This document shows, piece after piece, positions 47,750 through 58,784 of a stretch of 64,000 bases of DNA (position 1 is its first letter; each line of letters begins with the position of its first letter). The notes below the pieces were generated by a model that saw only the letters and a program-made list of their open reading frames with translations, had not been told where the DNA came from and did not search any database. The DNA lies in the NCBI GenBank assembly GCA_044225365.1, contig JBGAIQ010000004.1:191048-255047 (forward strand). The letters are read 5' to 3'. The DNA comes from Planctomycetota bacterium. GTDB lineage: Bacteria > Planctomycetota > B15-G4 > JADJEK01. The translations under genes were made by a program, and so were the position numbers.

Positions 47750-49393
47750 TCAGTTCGAGGCGTGGCGATTGAGTCGCCAGACGCGCGTCACGACGCCGGT
47801 TTCCTTGCGGCAGGCGTCGAGCAAGACGCCGATTCGCGTGAGTTCCAGCGCGGGCGCCTTCTCCCGCTCGGGACCGGACGTGGCGCGAACGCTCTCCACG
47901 GATCGGGTGTCACCGGCCGCGACCAACGAACGATCGTCGTCGCGCGGGACCGCGGCGCGCGCTCCGGTGTCGGCGAGCCATGCCTCGACGGCGCGAATCG
48001 GTTCCTTCGACGCCACGATCGCGAAGTACTCCGCGCGCCCACCGTCCCCCAGGATCCACTCTGCCTTGTCGCCATCCGATTTTCTTGGGAGGTGCTCGCG
48101 ACCCTTCACGATCACGTCGGCCTCCCCACCGCGGCCTTCTGGGAACAACAGATTCAGCGCGCCTCGATCATCCTCGTTGAAGACGTAGACGTGGGTCCGA
48201 CGATCGGTCTCGAGGTCGAGCACGATGCGGTCGCCTTCGCGAACGACGTCTCCATCCTCGAGTCGTGATTCCGTATTGGCTTCGACGCGGAGCAGGTCCG
48301 CGCGAACGAGGCCGCGGGTCGTGTCGCGCAGCGCGAAGTAGGCCCCGAGGACGACGACCGCCGCGAACGCGACGAGCGCGAGATTCCGCCGGCGCCGGAG
48401 CGGTGCGTTCACGAACGTCTGCAGGCGATCGGCAACCGCCTGGGCGTTCCGCGGACGCTTCTCGCGATCCTCGGCGAGGCAGTCGGCGATGATCCGTCGC
48501 AGGACCGTCGGGGCACCGCGCAGCGCGAGATCGAAGTTCGGCGGCCGCCTGTGCATCTCACGGATCGCCGTCGTGTTCGTGCCGGGGAATGGATACGACC
48601 CCGAGAGCAGGAAATGCAGAACCGCCCCGAGCGCGAAGACGTCCGCTCTCCCATCCGGAAGGAGTCGATCGAACACCTCCGGCGCCATGAACAAGGGTGT
48701 GCCCTGGGGAACGACGCGCCCGAGTTCGACGCTTTCGACGCGCGGATCGCGCGCGATCCCGAAATCGAGCAGGACGATCCGCCCATTCGTCGCGCGCATG
48801 ACGTTCTGCGGTTTGAGGTCGCCATGAACGAGCCCGGCGCCATGCAGCTCCGAGAGCGCGGAGCACAGATCGATGCAGACTCGTGCGGCATGCTCGGGCG
48901 ACATCGGCCCTTGCTCGCGGACGAATTGATCGAGTGTCTTGCCGTCGATTCGCTCGAGCGTGAGGCGCAGCTTGCCGTCGGCTTCGTCCACCGAGAAGAT
49001 CTTCACGATGTTCGGATGCTCGAGCTTCGCGAGAATGCGAGCTTCGCGCAGGAAGCGCTCCCGAGCGTCCGCGCCGGCGAACAGATCTTCCCGAACGACC
49101 TTCAGCGCGACCTCCCGATGGAGCATCTTGTCTCGCGCCAGCAGCACCGATCCGAACGTTCCGCGGCCGAGTTCGCGCACGATCTCGAAGCCGCGCTCGA
49201 TCGAGCCCGTTCCCACGACGCTGGGTGCGTTCTTCCCGCTCGATCGCCCGCGTAGCGCGGCGAGCACTTTCAGCGCATCGACCTCGGGGCCGTCGAGATC
49301 GCCGCGGGTCGAATCCATCGACCAATCGATTGCGCCGCCGTCCGCGATCGCTTTCGCGAGGTCGTCGAATCGCTTTTCATTCTCGTTTGTCAC
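47750..49393 (-). CDS. Membrane Ser/Thr kinase with a C-terminal DUF4384-like domain
   Basis: GRGTFG, VALK, HGDLKPQN, DFG, APE; a TM; then VREGDRIVL...HVYVFNED..G.LNLLFP. Confidence 0.88.
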   Translation of the reverse strand: MTNENEKRFDDLAKAIADGGAIDWSMDSTRGDLDGPEVDALKVLAALRGRSSGKNAPSVVGTGSIERGFEIVRELGRGTFGSVLLARDKMLHREVALKVVREDLFAGADARERFLREARILAKLEHPNIVKIFSVDEADGKLRLTLERIDGKTLDQFVREQGPMSPEHAARVCIDLCSALSELHGAGLVHGDLKPQNVMRATNGRIVLLDFGIARDPRVESVELGRVVPQGTPLFMAPEVFDRLLPDGRADVFALGAVLHFLLSGSYPFPGTNTTAIREMHRRPPNFDLALRGAPTVLRRIIADCLAEDREKRPRNAQAVADRLQTFVNAPLRRRRNLALVAFAAVVVLGAYFALRDTTRGLVRADLLRVEANTESRLEDGDVVREGDRIVLDLETDRRTHVYVFNEDDRGALNLLFPEGRGGEADVIVKGREHLPRKSDGDKAEWILGDGGRAEYFAIVASKEPIRAVEAWLADTGARAAVPRDDDRSLVAAGDTRSVESVRATSGPEREKAPALELTRIGVLLDACRKETGVVTRVWRLNRHASN

Positions 49394-49997
49394 GCGCCAT
49401 CTCCTCGGCGACCTTGGTGATCGCTCGAGTGACTGCCATGCGTGCTGCATCGGCGGAGGCGTACCCGCATTCGCTCGCGATCTCGGCGTACTCGACATCG
49501 AGCTCGAAGCGCAGGAGCAACGCGTTCCTCGTGCGCTCGTCGAGCGTGAGCAGACCCTTCTCGAAGGCGGCGAGATCCTCGCTCTTCACGAGTTTGTCCA
49601 TCGGCCCGAGGGACGCCGCCGCGGGTTGCGACCGCGAGTCGCCGACCCAGGTCTCGGCCTGTCGCATCTTGCCGGGCGTTCGCGAGAGATCGCGCAGGTA
49701 GTTCTGCGCCGATCCACGGAGATAGGCCCAGAACGCTCCCACGCCCCGATGCTCGAAACGATCGAGCGAACGAAACACCTTGGCGCAGATCTCCTGCGCC
49801 GCGTCTTCCGTGGCAAGGACCCCCGCCGCCGCGGGCGGGAGTCGTCCATGAAGGAATCGCAGGAGTGGCTTCTCGAAGCGCAGGAAGAGCTCGTCTCGCG
49901 CGGTGGCATCGCCCCCGCGAATCCGGCCGAGGAGGTCGGCGGTCGCGGCGACGTCGATGTCGGATCCTGGAGCGTTCTCCGCCTCGTCTTGCGTCAT
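49377..49997 (-). CDS. ECF sigma factor
   Basis: TADLLGRIRGGDATARDELF, TEDAAQE, YAEIASECGYASADAARMAVTRA. Confidence 0.88.
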   Translation of the reverse strand: MTQDEAENAPGSDIDVAATADLLGRIRGGDATARDELFLRFEKPLLRFLHGRLPPAAAGVLATEDAAQEICAKVFRSLDRFEHRGVGAFWAYLRGSAQNYLRDLSRTPGKMRQAETWVGDSRSQPAAASLGPMDKLVKSEDLAAFEKGLLTLDERTRNALLLRFELDVEYAEIASECGYASADAARMAVTRAITKVAEEMARDKRE

Positions 49998-50201
49998 GAT
50001 CGGTCGCACAGCATGCTAGGAACCCGCCCGATTGTCGACGGGTACTGGCCTCGTAGCAAGCCGGGACAATAAAACGATGATTCGACATCGGACAAGACCT
50101 CGGCCCCGGAAACGAGGCGGATACCCCGAACGAACACGCCAGAGTCAGCAATTCCGATGATCCGTAGCGGGCAACACGACTCGAGAGTGAGCAGCAGGGG
50201 G

Positions 50202-53200
50202 ATGTGGAGGGCATGCGCCCTCGCATCCGCCGTTCTTCTCGCTTTGCCCGCCTTCGCGGGATCCCCGCCCCAGGACTCGGCGGAACCGGCCAAGGATGCG
50301 GAGGTCGAGAACGCAATCCGGATCCTGGGCAAGCGGGCCGACGAATCGCCGGGCGAGCGACTCGCCGCCGCTGCGCTCCTCCTCCAACGCAGTCGCGGCG
50401 ACCTTGCCTCCGATGCGATCCACGAACTTTCGAACGCCTCCGATCCGACGATTGCGGCGTGCTGCCGGGCTCTGAATGCACTCTCCTCGAGAGAGGGCTC
50501 GATCCCCTCGCTCGACTCCATCCTGGAAACGGCGCGAGGACTCGACGACACGACGCGTCGAGCGTTCCTCTTCACGGTCTACGACCGGGTGGGTCGCTTC
50601 GCGATCCGGGTTCGCGATGAACGCGTCACGGACCGATGCATCGACGAGCTTCGAAAGCTCGCGAGCGAATCCAAGGATCCGCGAATCGCGATCGACGCCG
50701 ATCTCGTCGCCGGAGCGGATGCGTTGTCCCGCTTCGACTCGATCCACGCCGCTCCGCTCCTGCAGTCCGCTTTCACCTCCGCGCGAGCGGCCGGCGACGC
50801 TCTTCTCGAGGCGCGCGCGCGGGCCGGCCTCGGATGGCACTACTCTCGGATCGATGACACGGAACACGCCATCGTCGAATTGAGAGCGGCTTGCGCCACG
50901 TTCTCCGCCCTACATGCCACCGAAGTCGAACAGGAGTTTCGCATCGTCCTGGGCCAACAGCTCATGTCCCACGGCGACGTCGATGCCGCGCTCGTCGAGA
51001 CCGGTCGGGGGATCGCGCTCGCACGCCAACTCGCCGACACGTCGGCCGAGGTCTTCGCACTCAAGACCGAAGGATTGATCCTCCTCGCGACCGGTCACCC
51101 GGCAGAGAGCGCCGAACGATTCTCGGCGATGCGCGAGATCGGCGAGAAGCTGCATCGACCCGCGATCCGAGCCGAAGCCGAACGCGACCTCGCCGTCATC
51201 GAGTTCAGCCAGGATCACCTCGAGACCGCCCGACGATTGCTGGAGCATTCGCTCTCGTCCTCGCTCGAGTCCGGCGACGTGAGTGGATCGGTCGAGGCCC
51301 GCTTTCGAATCGCTTCGATCGCCGACCGCCAAGGCGATACACGTGCCGTGATCGAGCATGCGACCGCCGTACTCGACGACGAGCTGGCGCGCCGTGAGGC
51401 GCAGTACGCGCTCGATCTCCTCCTAATGCGCGGAGCCGCTCACCACGCCGTCGGAGACTATCCGGCCGCGCGCCGCGATATCGAATCCGGGCTCGCGATC
51501 GCGCGTGAACGCGCGCAGAAGACGATGATCTGCTACGGCCTGTTCCTGCGCTCCAAGGTCGCGGCCTCGACAGGTGACCTCGACGCGGCGCTCGCCGATG
51601 CAATCGAGTGCGTCGCCGCGTCGATCGGAACGCCCGACCCGAGTCAAGAGATCGAAGCCCGCCTCTTCCTCGCCGAGATCCGCCTGGTGCGCCGCGAGTC
51701 GGAGGAGGCCGCGAAGGAGTTCGCGGCCATCACCGTGCCGGACGACGCTTCGCCCCTCGTCCGGTGCTATGTCGAGATGCTCCGTTCGCGCATCCTCGAT
51801 GCGACGAACGATCCCGTCGGAGCCAAGGCCGCCGCGGAAACCGCGCTCGCGACGGCGGAGGACACCGGCGACCGCGCGATCGTCCAATTCGAACAGATCA
51901 AGCTCGCCGAAGCCGCCCTCGAGCGCGTCGAGAGCGGCGCGGGGAGCGAGGCCGATCTCGCGGACGCCAAGCGCTACGCAACGGCTGCGCTCGGAGACGG
52001 TCACGACCCGACGACGTTCGATCGCCGGCAACTCGATGCCACGTTCGTGCTGATCGGTTGCGCCTTGCGCGAGGGAAACGTCGAGGACGCAGCAACTCGA
52101 ATCGAACACGCCAGCCGGGCCGTGGAGCGCGTCGCGGGCAGTGCGGCGATCGAGCAGATGGGCGTGGAGTCCGCGTCGCGCGCACGTGCGCCGTTCTCCG
52201 AACTTTCGAACGACGTGATGGACCTCGTCGCGATCCAGGTCGCACGCGCCGACGATTCCGAGAAACGCAAACTCATCGAACGCGGGTTCGCACGGTCCAG
52301 CGGTTTCCAGGCCCGCGCGTTGCTCGAGGGCATCGAGGAGCATCGAGCCGGCGGTCGCGACAAAAGAATCCTTGAACTGCGCTCGAAGCGGAAGGAAGCC
52401 CTCGATCGCCGCGAAGCCGCGCTCCGACTCGCATCCGAGCGCCTCCTCCTCTCCGACGCAGAGGGCGCCGCGGCCGCCCGCGCCGAATCGAATGCCGCTT
52501 TCGAAGCCGCAGGGCGAATCGATGACGAACTCGCCACGGCGGACCCGCGCCACGCACGGGCTTTCGATCCGCCGTCGATCCCACCGCAGGAACTCGTGCG
52601 AGCGGGCATCGTCGGGCCTGGCCGCGCCGTCCTTCAATACGTGATGGGACGAACGCACACATTCGTCTACGTCGTCGCGCCCGGCGAGACACGACTCGTC
52701 GATCTCGGGAACACCGCCGATCTCGAGAGCGAGATCGCGGCGTATCTCACGCGTGTCGCGGATCCGAAGCGCCTCGGTACGGCACCCGAGATCGCGACTC
52801 TCGGAGGGAAGCTGTTCGACGACCTCCTGCGCCCCGCATTTCCCGACCCGATGAAGGCGGAGAGCGAGTGGATCGTCGTACCGAGCGGAGCCATCGCGAG
52901 CCTGCCGTTCGAGTCGCTCGTCGTCGACGTGAGCGGACCGAAGGGCGATGCGACGTTCGATCGCATCGAATTCGTCCTCGATCGATTCTCCGTCCGCTAC
53001 GCGCCGTCGATCCCGGTTCTCCTCGAGCTGCAGGAGGAAGGTCGCAGGACCGATTCGCGCTCGCTCCGCGAGAAGCGAGCCCTCGTCATCGCGAGCCCAG
53101 AGATCGGTGGCGATCTCCCCCCGCTGCCGGCAGCCGCGGAGGAAGGAAAGATCGTCGCGAGCCATTTCGACTCCGTCGAGAGCCTCGTCGGCAAGAGCGC

Positions 53201-53726
53201 GCTCGCTTCGATTCTGCGCGGTGATCTGCGGAGGTTCGACGTCCTCCACTTCGCAACCCACGGCGCGGTGAGCGCCACGACGCCGCTCGAAACGGGACTC
53301 GTTCTTCGCGGAGTCGATGGCAAGGCCGAACTCGTCGGTGTGCCCGAGGTCCTCGACTTCGATCTGAGCGCGCAACTCGTGGTCCTGTCCGCGTGCTCCA
53401 CATCCGAAGGTCCGCGGCGCGAAGGCGAAGGCGTCGAGTCGCTCGCGCGAGCCTTCCTGTTCGCAGGATCTCGATCCGTCGTCGCGAGCTTGTGGGAACT
53501 CTCCGACGCCGCCGCATTGCCGACGATCCGCGTCTTCTACGACGAGTACTCGAAGAACGCGACGCCGTCGCAAGCGCTCCTGCTCGCAAAGCGTGCGTTG
53601 CGGCACGGGGCACTGTCCACGAGCGCGGCGGAGAATCGCGGTGTTGGCAGCGTGCGACGCGCGCCGATCACCGCCCCGTCCGGGCATCCATTCCTCTGGG
53701 CGCCGCTCGTCGCGATCGGAAAGTAG
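50202..53726 (+). CDS. Exported TPR-CHAT (caspase-like) protease
   Basis: Signal peptide MWRACALASAVLLALPAFA; long TPR-like region; catalytic HFATHG and LSACST; SLW, HPFLWAP. Confidence 0.9.
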   Translation: MWRACALASAVLLALPAFAGSPPQDSAEPAKDAEVENAIRILGKRADESPGERLAAAALLLQRSRGDLASDAIHELSNASDPTIAACCRALNALSSREGSIPSLDSILETARGLDDTTRRAFLFTVYDRVGRFAIRVRDERVTDRCIDELRKLASESKDPRIAIDADLVAGADALSRFDSIHAAPLLQSAFTSARAAGDALLEARARAGLGWHYSRIDDTEHAIVELRAACATFSALHATEVEQEFRIVLGQQLMSHGDVDAALVETGRGIALARQLADTSAEVFALKTEGLILLATGHPAESAERFSAMREIGEKLHRPAIRAEAERDLAVIEFSQDHLETARRLLEHSLSSSLESGDVSGSVEARFRIASIADRQGDTRAVIEHATAVLDDELARREAQYALDLLLMRGAAHHAVGDYPAARRDIESGLAIARERAQKTMICYGLFLRSKVAASTGDLDAALADAIECVAASIGTPDPSQEIEARLFLAEIRLVRRESEEAAKEFAAITVPDDASPLVRCYVEMLRSRILDATNDPVGAKAAAETALATAEDTGDRAIVQFEQIKLAEAALERVESGAGSEADLADAKRYATAALGDGHDPTTFDRRQLDATFVLIGCALREGNVEDAATRIEHASRAVERVAGSAAIEQMGVESASRARAPFSELSNDVMDLVAIQVARADDSEKRKLIERGFARSSGFQARALLEGIEEHRAGGRDKRILELRSKRKEALDRREAALRLASERLLLSDAEGAAAARAESNAAFEAAGRIDDELATADPRHARAFDPPSIPPQELVRAGIVGPGRAVLQYVMGRTHTFVYVVAPGETRLVDLGNTADLESEIAAYLTRVADPKRLGTAPEIATLGGKLFDDLLRPAFPDPMKAESEWIVVPSGAIASLPFESLVVDVSGPKGDATFDRIEFVLDRFSVRYAPSIPVLLELQEEGRRTDSRSLREKRALVIASPEIGGDLPPLPAAAEEGKIVASHFDSVESLVGKSALASILRGDLRRFDVLHFATHGAVSATTPLETGLVLRGVDGKAELVGVPEVLDFDLSAQLVVLSACSTSEGPRREGEGVESLARAFLFAGSRSVVASLWELSDAAALPTIRVFYDEYSKNATPSQALLLAKRALRHGALSTSAAENRGVGSVRRAPITAPSGHPFLWAPLVAIGK

Positions 53727-53732
53727 CGTCGA

Positions 53733-55163
53733 TCAAGCTCGCATGGAAACGACGGGAACGGCCAGCGCGCCGTTCGACGAGCCTTCGAGCACCGTTCCGC
53801 CGCGGCCCGTCTCCGTGGCGTAGTCGCGCGCCAGGTTTCGCACGACGTCCGCCGCCTCGCTCCTCGCGAGCACCGCGACCGTCCCGCCGCTGCCGCCGCC
53901 CGTGATCTTCGCGCCGAGGACTCCGCACGACGCCGGGAGCGCTCGAAACATCTCGACGAGGCGGTCGGTCCCGCTCGAGCCGAGGCCGCACGCACCGTAG
54001 CTCGCGTGGCTCGCGAACATCCGTTCGCCGAGTCCTTCGCAGCCCGCCGGCGTGAGCGGGTTCGAAGCGAGCAGAGTCCGGAATTCGGCGACTCTCGCGT
54101 TTTCGTGGATCGGATGCCGCGTGGGGATGCGGACGGCATAACGACGATCCGGGTCGACGCGCGTCACGGTATCCGTGATGCCTTCGTACGCCGCGAGGAA
54201 ATCGCGGCCGAGGATGGTCTCTGGCACCTTTTCCTCGAGGGTCGCCCATTCGCCCGGTGTGACGTTCGCGAGGTAACCGCGCCAACGGCGATCTTCGATC
54301 ACGACGCGGCCCGCGTCCACGCGCTCGCACCGAAAGCCTTCGAGCGCCGCGAGGATCCGGTAACCCATGAACGCGCCGGTCCGCACCGATCCGTAGTCCG
54401 CGCCCTTCACCTCGTGACGCACTCCGGAGTCGATGCCGAATACCGCGAGCCCTTTCGGTAGTCGTACCGGCGCTTCCAGTTCAGCGGGTTGACAGAGCAT
54501 CGCGACGAGTGCGTCCTTCGTGCCGCACGCCGAAGTGATCTGGTCCATGACGCCGCACGGCGCGCCCGCGACGAGGTTCTCGACCTTTTGCGCGAGGAGT
54601 GCGAGTTCCCGACCTTCGAGCCGAAGATCCAGGACGCAGGCGAGCGCACGCATCGCGGCGACTTCGAGCGCCGCCGACGAACTCACGCCCTTCCCGGAAG
54701 GGACGTCCGACGCGACGAGCACGCGCAGGCCGTGCTCGAGCCGCGCGCCACGCTCGCTCGTGAGGACCGTGAGGGCTCCGAGCGCATAGGCGATCCAGTG
54801 CCGCCGCGGGTCGCGAGCGAATCGCGAGCGAACCGATTCGTAGTCCCCGAGCAGATCGGAGACGGGAATGCGCAAGCGCGAGTCGATCTCCGCGCTCTCG
54901 ACATCGACGCTCGTCGTCACGATCTCGATGACGCCCTCATCCCACCGCTGCATCGCGACGAACGTCGCGACCGCAAGGGGAAGCTCCAGAACGAGACTTC
55001 CCGAGTAATCGGCGATCCCACCCATGAGGTCGAGGCGCCCCGGCGCTCGTGCGACGATCACGTCTTCGGAACGATCGAAGAGATCGCCGTGACGCTCGAG
55101 GGCGAGGAAGAGGCTCTCTGCTCCCGGTTCGTCGATCGCCGAAGAATGAAAGCGCCAGCTCAC
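53733..55163 (-). CDS. GHMP sugar kinase, L-arabinokinase/galactokinase-like
   Basis: [54 protein letters not shown]. Confidence 0.85.
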   Translation of the reverse strand: MSWRFHSSAIDEPGAESLFLALERHGDLFDRSEDVIVARAPGRLDLMGGIADYSGSLVLELPLAVATFVAMQRWDEGVIEIVTTSVDVESAEIDSRLRIPVSDLLGDYESVRSRFARDPRRHWIAYALGALTVLTSERGARLEHGLRVLVASDVPSGKGVSSSAALEVAAMRALACVLDLRLEGRELALLAQKVENLVAGAPCGVMDQITSACGTKDALVAMLCQPAELEAPVRLPKGLAVFGIDSGVRHEVKGADYGSVRTGAFMGYRILAALEGFRCERVDAGRVVIEDRRWRGYLANVTPGEWATLEEKVPETILGRDFLAAYEGITDTVTRVDPDRRYAVRIPTRHPIHENARVAEFRTLLASNPLTPAGCEGLGERMFASHASYGACGLGSSGTDRLVEMFRALPASCGVLGAKITGGGSGGTVAVLARSEAADVVRNLARDYATETGRGGTVLEGSSNGALAVPVVSMRA

Positions 55164-56224
55164 GACGGTTCCATCGCCCTGTAGTGCTCGGATTTCACTG
55201 CGCGCAGTTCCGCCGCGCTGGCCTCCGGCGAGGTGTCCGACAGGAAGTTCCCGCCGCCGATCTCGGGGCCCGCGAGGAACTTCATGAGGTTCGGTTGCCG
55301 CAAGGGCGGCAGGAAACCGATGAAGAAGTGGAAGTCACCTACATCGCTGCCATCGGTCGGCGCCTGATGCAGGGGCATCACGTACGGAAACGACATGCGC
55401 CACAGATTGTCGAACCGAACCGTCACATCGCGGAGTGCACGTGCGAGCGATTCCACCTCGACGTCGCGGAGCGCGTGAACGTGCGGCACCGGTCGCTTCG
55501 GCGCGACGTACACCTCGTACGCATATCGCGCGAAGTAGGGCACGAACGCGATCGAGTGCGCGTCCTCGAACAACACGCGCCGACCATCCCGCGATTCCGC
55601 CTCGATGATGGCGGAGAAGAGGTCCCGCCCGGTCGCTGCGCGGTGCTTGCGCATCGCGGACAACTCGGTCTCGATCGTCTTCCAGACGAAATTCGTCGCG
55701 TAGATCTGGCCGTGCGGATGCGGATTCGAGACGCCGACGACCTCGCCCTTGTTCTCGAAGCACAGGACGTGGTTCACCTCGGGCCGCGCGCCGAGATCAT
55801 GGGTCTCACGTTGCCAGATACGGACGACGTCCTCGATCTCGTTCGCACTCATTCGAGCGAGCGTCGAGTCGTGCCGGGGCGAGAAGCAGAGGACGCGAGC
55901 GACGCCATTCGCGCGGCGATTCACGTAGAGCGGATCGGGAGGCGGCGCGACCTCGGGAGCCAGCGGGCCCGTGCAGGGATGATCGTTGTCGAACGTGTAG
56001 GTCGAAACGTAGGCGGGGTTCACGGCTCCCGAGACCCGGCGATTGCCCGGACAGAGATGACAGGCTGCATCGTACGAAGGAACCGCGACATCGGCCTTCG
56101 CGACGGTTGCTCCCGTCCAGGGCCGGTTCTGACGATGCGCGGCGACGATCACCCATTCCTCGCGGAGTGGATGCCAACGTTGTTCCCAGAGTCCCGAGAC
56201 GGGTCCGCTCATGTCAGCCGTCAT
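55160..56224 (-). CDS. galT: Galactose-1-phosphate uridylyltransferase family protein
   Basis: [39 protein letters not shown]. Confidence 0.92.
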   Translation of the reverse strand: MTADMSGPVSGLWEQRWHPLREEWVIVAAHRQNRPWTGATVAKADVAVPSYDAACHLCPGNRRVSGAVNPAYVSTYTFDNDHPCTGPLAPEVAPPPDPLYVNRRANGVARVLCFSPRHDSTLARMSANEIEDVVRIWQRETHDLGARPEVNHVLCFENKGEVVGVSNPHPHGQIYATNFVWKTIETELSAMRKHRAATGRDLFSAIIEAESRDGRRVLFEDAHSIAFVPYFARYAYEVYVAPKRPVPHVHALRDVEVESLARALRDVTVRFDNLWRMSFPYVMPLHQAPTDGSDVGDFHFFIGFLPPLRQPNLMKFLAGPEIGGGNFLSDTSPEASAAELRAVKSEHYRAMEPS

Positions 56225-58613
56225 CCGTCTCCGCGGCAACGACCTGCCACTCGTGGATGCCCGCGGCCCAGGCGTCTTGCATGTCGACCTCGAGCTTCAG
56301 CTCCTTCGTCGTGATCGTCTCGAACGAGAACTCGCACCACTTGTCCTTCGCGATCGTGAAGTCGGCCGCCTTTCCGACCGGCTTCCATGCATCCCCATCC
56401 TTCGCGAGGAGGCGCCACGCTTTCGGCAATCGACAGGCACCGCGGCCGGTGTCGTCGAACCAGTACACCTTCACGCCCGAGACCGCGACGGGCTTCTCCC
56501 ATGAGTACGTCACCCATTCCGTACCTCCGTGATGGTCCCAGAAATGGCAGAGCGTCGCCGGCTGATGATCCGAGGAGACAGGGTCCGCGCCGTCATGGAT
56601 CGCCTCGGGCTCGCTGTTCCAGTTCTTGAAGGAGACGCTCACTTTCGCGCTCTTCTCGAGAGATCCCGCGACGGGCGGTGCGGGCGTCGAAGGGAACCAG
56701 ACCTTCATCGCTCCCTGTGCGCGATTGTCCCAGTCCGCGTACGGGATCGCGACGAGCCGAATCGGAGCGGAGGGTAGGACGGCGCGATAGAGCCCGCCGT
56801 TCGATGACGACCAGTTCGGATCGGGGCCGATGCGACCCTCGCCCTCGAGGACATGCACGCCGCCGAGCAGATCGTGTCGCGCTTTCGGCTCGAAACTCGC
56901 ACCCTCTGGAACGAACACGCGGTCGAGTGGGACCGGTTGCGCGTTGGAATCGACCTGGTCACAGCTCTCGAAACAGTACACGACGGGTCCGCGCACGAAT
57001 GCAGTCAGGCCGCGCAACTCCTTGGCCGCGGGATGCGCCTGCACCCGACGCACGGGCATGGAGAGATCGAGCGTGACGACATCGCCGGCCTTGAAGTCAG
57101 GGTCGATCACGAGGTAGCCGCGATCGTTCCTGGCCTTGAACGACTTCTCGTTCACCTCCACGACGGCGCGATCGCACCAGCTCGGCACTCGCAGGTGGAG
57201 CGGCGCATGCATCGGTTCGCGCATCGTGAACCGGACCTTCCCGCTCCACGGATACTCGGTAGCGACATCCATCGAATACAGCGCGTCGCCGACCTTGGTA
57301 TCGACCCGCCCGGCGACGTACAGATTGACGTAGAACCCGTCCGCGCCGGTCGCGTACACGTAGTTGCCGAGCGCGGAGAGAGTGCGAGCCTCGTTCGGCG
57401 GACAGCACGCGCACGAGAACCACTCCGTTCGGTGGTGACCGCCGAGCGACTCCAGCGGGTTCACGTAGAAGTAGCGCTTGCCGTCCTGCGAACCTCCGGA
57501 TGGCACGCCGTTGTAGAGCGCCGTCTCCACGCAGTCCGCGTACTTCGCGTCGCCGAACAGGAGGTTCATGCGATGGTTCCACATCGCGAGCGCCACCGTG
57601 GCGCAAGTCTCCTGATACGCCGACTGCGTCGGAAGATCGTAGTCCTCCGTGAATCCCTCGTTGGATCCCGAGGGTCCGATACCGCCCGTGAGGAACGTGT
57701 TCTTCTCCGCGACGTTTCGCCAAACGCGCCGCAGCATCTTGGAGAGGGCTTCGTCCCCGGTCTTCGCGACGACGTCGGTCGCGCCCGACATCAGGTATCC
57801 GAATCGCACCGCGTGACCGACGACGCCCTTCAGATCGCGCAGCGGCACGTTGTCCTGGAAGTACCCGCCGTCGTAGCGATCGAGCGGCTCACCGTGCTCC
57901 ACCGCGAAGAACTTCGAGCCGCGGGCGTCGATGAAATGCTTCGCGAGGTCGAAGTACTCCTGCTTACCGGTCTCGTTGCTGAGCTTGACGAGAGCGAGCT
58001 CGATCTCCGGATGGCCGCAATAGCCGGGGCGCTTGCCGGGCCCGGAGCCGAACGTCGCGCACAACAGATCCGCATACTTCGTCGCGACATCGAGGAGCGT
58101 CGTCTTCTTCGTCGCCTGGTGATGCGCGACGGCTGCCTCGAAGAGGTGACCCGCGCAATAGAGCTCATGATGATCGCGCAGGTTCGTGAACCGCTTGTCG
58201 GGGGCGTTCACCTGGTACCACGTGTCGATGTAGCCGTCCTTCATCTGCGCCGCCGCGATCTTGGCGATGACGCGATCGAGCCTGGCGTCGAGGACGGGAT
58301 CCGGATCGGTGGCGAGCGAATAGGAGATCGCTTCCACCGATTTGTAGAGGTCGCTGTCCATGAACACCGGGCCGTGATAACCGGTGTGCGCGCCTTTCGC
58401 CGCAAGCTCCAGGTTCTCCATGTTCCCCGCCTTCTCGAGCATGTCGAGGCTGTGCGGGAGGGAGATCGTGCGGTTGATCTCGCGGCGCGGCGCGAAGAAC
58501 GGATCCGCGATCTTCACCTTCGTGAAGGGCACTTCGGTGAGGTGTGCGGGTTCCGCGGCGAACGAGGAGCCGAGGCAAAGCAGCGTCGGAAGGACCCATC
58601 GGCAACGACTCAT
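56214..58613 (-). CDS. Exported GH127 beta-L-arabinofuranosidase-like protein with a C-terminal discoidin-like domain
   Basis: Signal peptide; [39 protein letters not shown]. Confidence 0.9.
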   Translation of the reverse strand: MSRCRWVLPTLLCLGSSFAAEPAHLTEVPFTKVKIADPFFAPRREINRTISLPHSLDMLEKAGNMENLELAAKGAHTGYHGPVFMDSDLYKSVEAISYSLATDPDPVLDARLDRVIAKIAAAQMKDGYIDTWYQVNAPDKRFTNLRDHHELYCAGHLFEAAVAHHQATKKTTLLDVATKYADLLCATFGSGPGKRPGYCGHPEIELALVKLSNETGKQEYFDLAKHFIDARGSKFFAVEHGEPLDRYDGGYFQDNVPLRDLKGVVGHAVRFGYLMSGATDVVAKTGDEALSKMLRRVWRNVAEKNTFLTGGIGPSGSNEGFTEDYDLPTQSAYQETCATVALAMWNHRMNLLFGDAKYADCVETALYNGVPSGGSQDGKRYFYVNPLESLGGHHRTEWFSCACCPPNEARTLSALGNYVYATGADGFYVNLYVAGRVDTKVGDALYSMDVATEYPWSGKVRFTMREPMHAPLHLRVPSWCDRAVVEVNEKSFKARNDRGYLVIDPDFKAGDVVTLDLSMPVRRVQAHPAAKELRGLTAFVRGPVVYCFESCDQVDSNAQPVPLDRVFVPEGASFEPKARHDLLGGVHVLEGEGRIGPDPNWSSSNGGLYRAVLPSAPIRLVAIPYADWDNRAQGAMKVWFPSTPAPPVAGSLEKSAKVSVSFKNWNSEPEAIHDGADPVSSDHQPATLCHFWDHHGGTEWVTYSWEKPVAVSGVKVYWFDDTGRGACRLPKAWRLLAKDGDAWKPVGKAADFTIAKDKWCEFSFETITTKELKLEVDMQDAWAAGIHEWQVVAAETDDG

Positions 58614-58784
58614 CGGAGGGCTCCAGGCTTGTTTCCGGGACATCGCCAGATCTACCACACCGCCACCCATCCGCCGAGACGCATCTACCGCCACGTGGAT
58701 CTCGCGCAAGACGAGTTCCTCCCGTAATCTGTCGGGTTCCGCGCCACCCGTGAACGGGCGATGCGGCGCAAGGAGCACGGTGTC

